From an uncultured bacterium (lineage in GTDB: Bacteria > Acidobacteriota > HRBIN11 > JAKEFK01): a stretch of 64,000 nucleotides of DNA. The stretch covers positions 224,001-288,000 of the forward strand of contig CAVZQN010000004.1 of the NCBI GenBank assembly GCA_963777505.1, given 5' to 3'. Below, piece after piece: positions 61,370 to 64,000 of this stretch; within the stretch, counting starts at the first letter, position 1, and every line of letters starts with the position of its first letter. The notes under the pieces were generated by a model that saw nothing but the letters and a program-made list of their open reading frames with translations, ran no database searches and was not told the DNA's origin. Made by a program: the position numbers and the translations under genes.

Positions 61370-62080
61370 ATGCGACAAGTCTTTGCCATCCTGCTGATAT
61401 TGATTCCAGTAATAGCGCTGACTCGCGACGAAAGTAGTTCCGAAAAGCGAACGACAGCAACAATTCGCGTTCAAGGAGAGGCACAGGTACAGGCGAAACC
61501 GGATCGCGCTCAAATCGATATTGGTGTAATGACTGAATCACAAGATCCACAAACTGCCGCAGCACAAAACGCCCAAAAATCAGATCGTGTTATCCAGCAA
61601 ATGCGGACGCAACTCGGTCAGAATTTGGAAATCAAAACAATCGGGTACTCACTCAATCCAAAATACGACTATCCAAAAGAAGGGGGCGAACCTAAGGTCA
61701 CGGGTTACATAGCAGTCAACACACTTCAGGTGCAGACGGATGAGCTTGCGCAGGCTGGAAAAATTATTGATGCTGCGACAAAAGCCGGAGCGAATCAGAT
61801 CAATTCACTTCAATTCATTCTGAAGGATGAAGTCGAAGTTCAAAAAGAGGCCCTCCGAGTTGCCGCTCTTAAAGCAAGAGGCAAAGCGGATGGACTTGCA
61901 AATGCACTCGGCGTAAAGATTGTGCGTGTTTTGCACGTTGAAGAAGGCACAGCCGGTGTAATTCCACTTCAAGCAAAAGCGATGGGGTTTGAAGCTGCGC
62001 AAATGGATGTCCCCACTCCTATTGAACCAGGTACGATTGAAATCAGTGCTACAGTGACATTAACTCTGGAAATTCAATAG
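61370..62080 (+). CDS. SIMPL/DUF541 periplasmic protein
   Basis: IRVQGEA.V..KPD.A, IIDAA..AGAN.I and PIEPG.I...ATV. Confidence 0.88.
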   Translation: MRQVFAILLILIPVIALTRDESSSEKRTTATIRVQGEAQVQAKPDRAQIDIGVMTESQDPQTAAAQNAQKSDRVIQQMRTQLGQNLEIKTIGYSLNPKYDYPKEGGEPKVTGYIAVNTLQVQTDELAQAGKIIDAATKAGANQINSLQFILKDEVEVQKEALRVAALKARGKADGLANALGVKIVRVLHVEEGTAGVIPLQAKAMGFEAAQMDVPTPIEPGTIEISATVTLTLEIQ

Positions 62081-62109
62081 TTTCAAAAAGCCGCCACAAC
62101 TGAACTGGT

Positions 62110-62724
62110 ATGCGGTACTATTTTATGATGCGCCTCATTCAGATCTGTGGATCTCTGGCTCTTGCTTTGATGTTTTTGTCTTGTAACTCCGAACAAAGAG
62201 AAAAGTTATCAAACCTCTTTGAGAAAGAGTCCGGTGGAAATATCAAAACAATTCGCAGCACAGAAGGATGCTGCGAAATTCGTGTGCCGGGCAGCTGGAA
62301 AGAAGATAAAGAGTTAAATGACCAGGCGAATATACAAGCATCCAATCGGATGAAAGAGCTTTATGTCATTGTGCTTTCTGAATCGAAGGAAAATTTCGAA
62401 AATATGAATCTTGAAAATCATTCAAAATTAACTCGATCGGAATTCCTTAAAAGCTTGAGTTCACCTCAGACCATTGGGCCGGTATCAGTGACAGTAAACA
62501 ATAATCCGGGTGTGCAGTATGAAATTTTCGGCGGAACTAACAATGTTAAGATCGCTGCGCTGCATACAACAGTGGAAACGGAAAAGCACTTTCATCAGAT
62601 CCTGGCATGGACGATTAAATCAAGGGCCGACAAAAACAAGCCCATCCTTCAAAACGTAATCCAGAGCTTTAAAGAGAGTGGGTCTAGCGAGAGAAGAAGT
62701 ATCCCTGCGCCCAAGCCAAATTAA
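62110..62724 (+). CDS. Lipoprotein, possibly PsbP/DcrB-like fold
   Basis: Lipobox FLSC; IRVPGSW and IQSFK motifs. Confidence 0.6.
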   Translation: MRYYFMMRLIQICGSLALALMFLSCNSEQREKLSNLFEKESGGNIKTIRSTEGCCEIRVPGSWKEDKELNDQANIQASNRMKELYVIVLSESKENFENMNLENHSKLTRSEFLKSLSSPQTIGPVSVTVNNNPGVQYEIFGGTNNVKIAALHTTVETEKHFHQILAWTIKSRADKNKPILQNVIQSFKESGSSERRSIPAPKPN

Positions 62725-62727
62725 TAG

Positions 62728-62771
62728 TGAGGCTCGGGTCTGCGGTGGTGAGGTGCGAGACCCGAGCCTCA
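62728..62771. terminator. Perfect 14-bp stem hairpin after the lipoprotein gene
   Basis: TGAGGCTCGGGTCT / AGACCCGAGCCTCA; no clear U-tract. Confidence 0.5.
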
Positions 62772-62815
62772 GACGATTTGTCAACTTTGCGTCTTTGTGG
62801 TGAAATCTTCAGGAA

Positions 62816-64000
62816 ATGTTGAGTCTGGCATTAGCCGCTCGTAACTTATTCCGGCATAGAATCCGCTCTGCGATCGCTTTTTCCGCTTTGATTTTCGGAG
62901 TGATTTCACTTCTGTTGAGTGGTGGTTTCATTGACTGGATATATTGGGCTCTGCGTGAATCAACGATTCAGAATTTAATCGGCCACATTCAAGCTGTTCG
63001 TCCCGGCTACTATAAAAAGGGTGCAGCGGATCCTTTTGTTTTTCTCCTTCCAGAAAATTCGCGGGAGCTTGAAACAATTCAATCGAATCCACATGTGAAA
63101 ACTGTCACCCCGCGATTAACCTTTGGCGGCCTTATCAGTCTTGGCGAAAATACGATTTCGTTTTTAGGTCAAGGTGTTATTCCTGAAAAAGAAACATCAG
63201 TTAGCGAAGCTTTCGTAATTCTAAAAGGCAAGAATTTGACATCACAGGATCCAAAAGGTGTGATCCTTGGTCAAGGACTGGCAGAAAATATGCAGGCTGA
63301 ACCTGGTGACAATGTAATTTTTGTGACAACGAATGAATCAGGCGGCATTAATGCAGTTGAAGGGCATGTGAGAGGAATTTTTTCAACGATGACCAAGCCT
63401 TTTGATGATGCCGCGTTGAGAATGCCAATCTCGCTGGCTCGCGAACTCCTTGGCGTTCGTGGTTCGCATTCATGGGTGATTCTTCTGGACAAAACTGAAA
63501 ACACCGATTCCACTCTCGCAGCATTAAGATCCAGTATTAAAGAATCTGAACTTGAATTTGTTCCATGGATCAAGCTGGCTGACTTTTATGAAAAAACCGT
63601 TGATCTATTTTCGCGTCAAATGAATGTGGTCCAGATCATCATTGCACTGATCATCATTCTGAGCATTTCAAACACACTGACGAAAAATGTATTGGAACGT
63701 ACAAATGAAATCGGCACATTAATGGCGATGGGGATGAGACGTCGAAAAGTTTTGAAACTCTTTCTAACGGAAGGGATACTACTGGGTGTAATTGGAGGTT
63801 TGATCGGGTTGATTGTTGGTACTATTTTGGCGCACATCATTTCCAGTATTGGAATTCCGATGCCACCACCTCCAGGATCATCGCGAGGATTCACCGGGAA
63901 AATACGTCTGAGCTGGACTCTTGCTGCAACGGCTTATCTTCTTGCGGTTAGCACTGCAACATTTGCGAGCCTATTTCCAGCATGGAAAGCATCTCGCATC
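62816..64000 (+). CDS. FtsX/LolE/MacB-type ABC transporter permease, truncated by the window edge; absent from the ORF track
   Basis: Manual translation MLSLALAARNLFRHRIRS...; LERTNEIGTLMAMG, FLTEG and PAWKASR motifs. Confidence 0.88.
   Translation, partial: MLSLALAARNLFRHRIRSAIAFSALIFGVISLLLSGGFIDWIYWALRESTIQNLIGHIQAVRPGYYKKGAADPFVFLLPENSRELETIQSNPHVKTVTPRLTFGGLISLGENTISFLGQGVIPEKETSVSEAFVILKGKNLTSQDPKGVILGQGLAENMQAEPGDNVIFVTTNESGGINAVEGHVRGIFSTMTKPFDDAALRMPISLARELLGVRGSHSWVILLDKTENTDSTLAALRSSIKESELEFVPWIKLADFYEKTVDLFSRQMNVVQIIIALIIILSISNTLTKNVLERTNEIGTLMAMGMRRRKVLKLFLTEGILLGVIGGLIGLIVGTILAHIISSIGIPMPPPPGSSRGFTGKIRLSWTLAATAYLLAVSTATFASLFPAWKASRI

Overview
Bacterial chromosomal window with no rRNA, tRNA, CRISPR array, phage gene or transposase recognised. 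The gene families (Acidobacterial-type VWA, GWxTD, Oar-like TonB-dependent transporter, CRTAC1/ASPIC-UnbV, sulfatase-like-TPR) suggest Acidobacteriota, which is an inference. About 5.6-39.6 kb is a dense cluster of functionally uncharacterised envelope genes: 3 VWA-like proteins, a sigma54-preceded outer-membrane transporter, 5 sulfatase-fold/TPR paralogs that all carry Thr (TLPSH) rather than Cys/Ser at the nucleophile, 3 FG-GAP/ASPIC-UnbV propellers, a membrane-anchored pentaheme cytochrome c-TPR fusion, TPR proteins and a GWxTD protein. Several of these genes carry 1-nt frameshifts, probably read errors. The right half is mostly housekeeping: a CpxP/CpxR/CpxA-like module, ppa, hemE-hemH-hemG, an IMPase/ADP-ribosylglycohydrolase fusion, Nudix, a nicotinamidase-like hydrolase, dut, VIT1, GDT1, EamA, an orphan LysW-like carrier ending in Gln divergent from an HTH-ACT protein, SIMPL and an ABC permease. 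Intergenic DNA holds several REP-like palindrome families (one inserted in-frame in a CDS), heptamer-repeat hairpins and a decayed RTX-repeat remnant. All family calls come from motif reading, not database searches.
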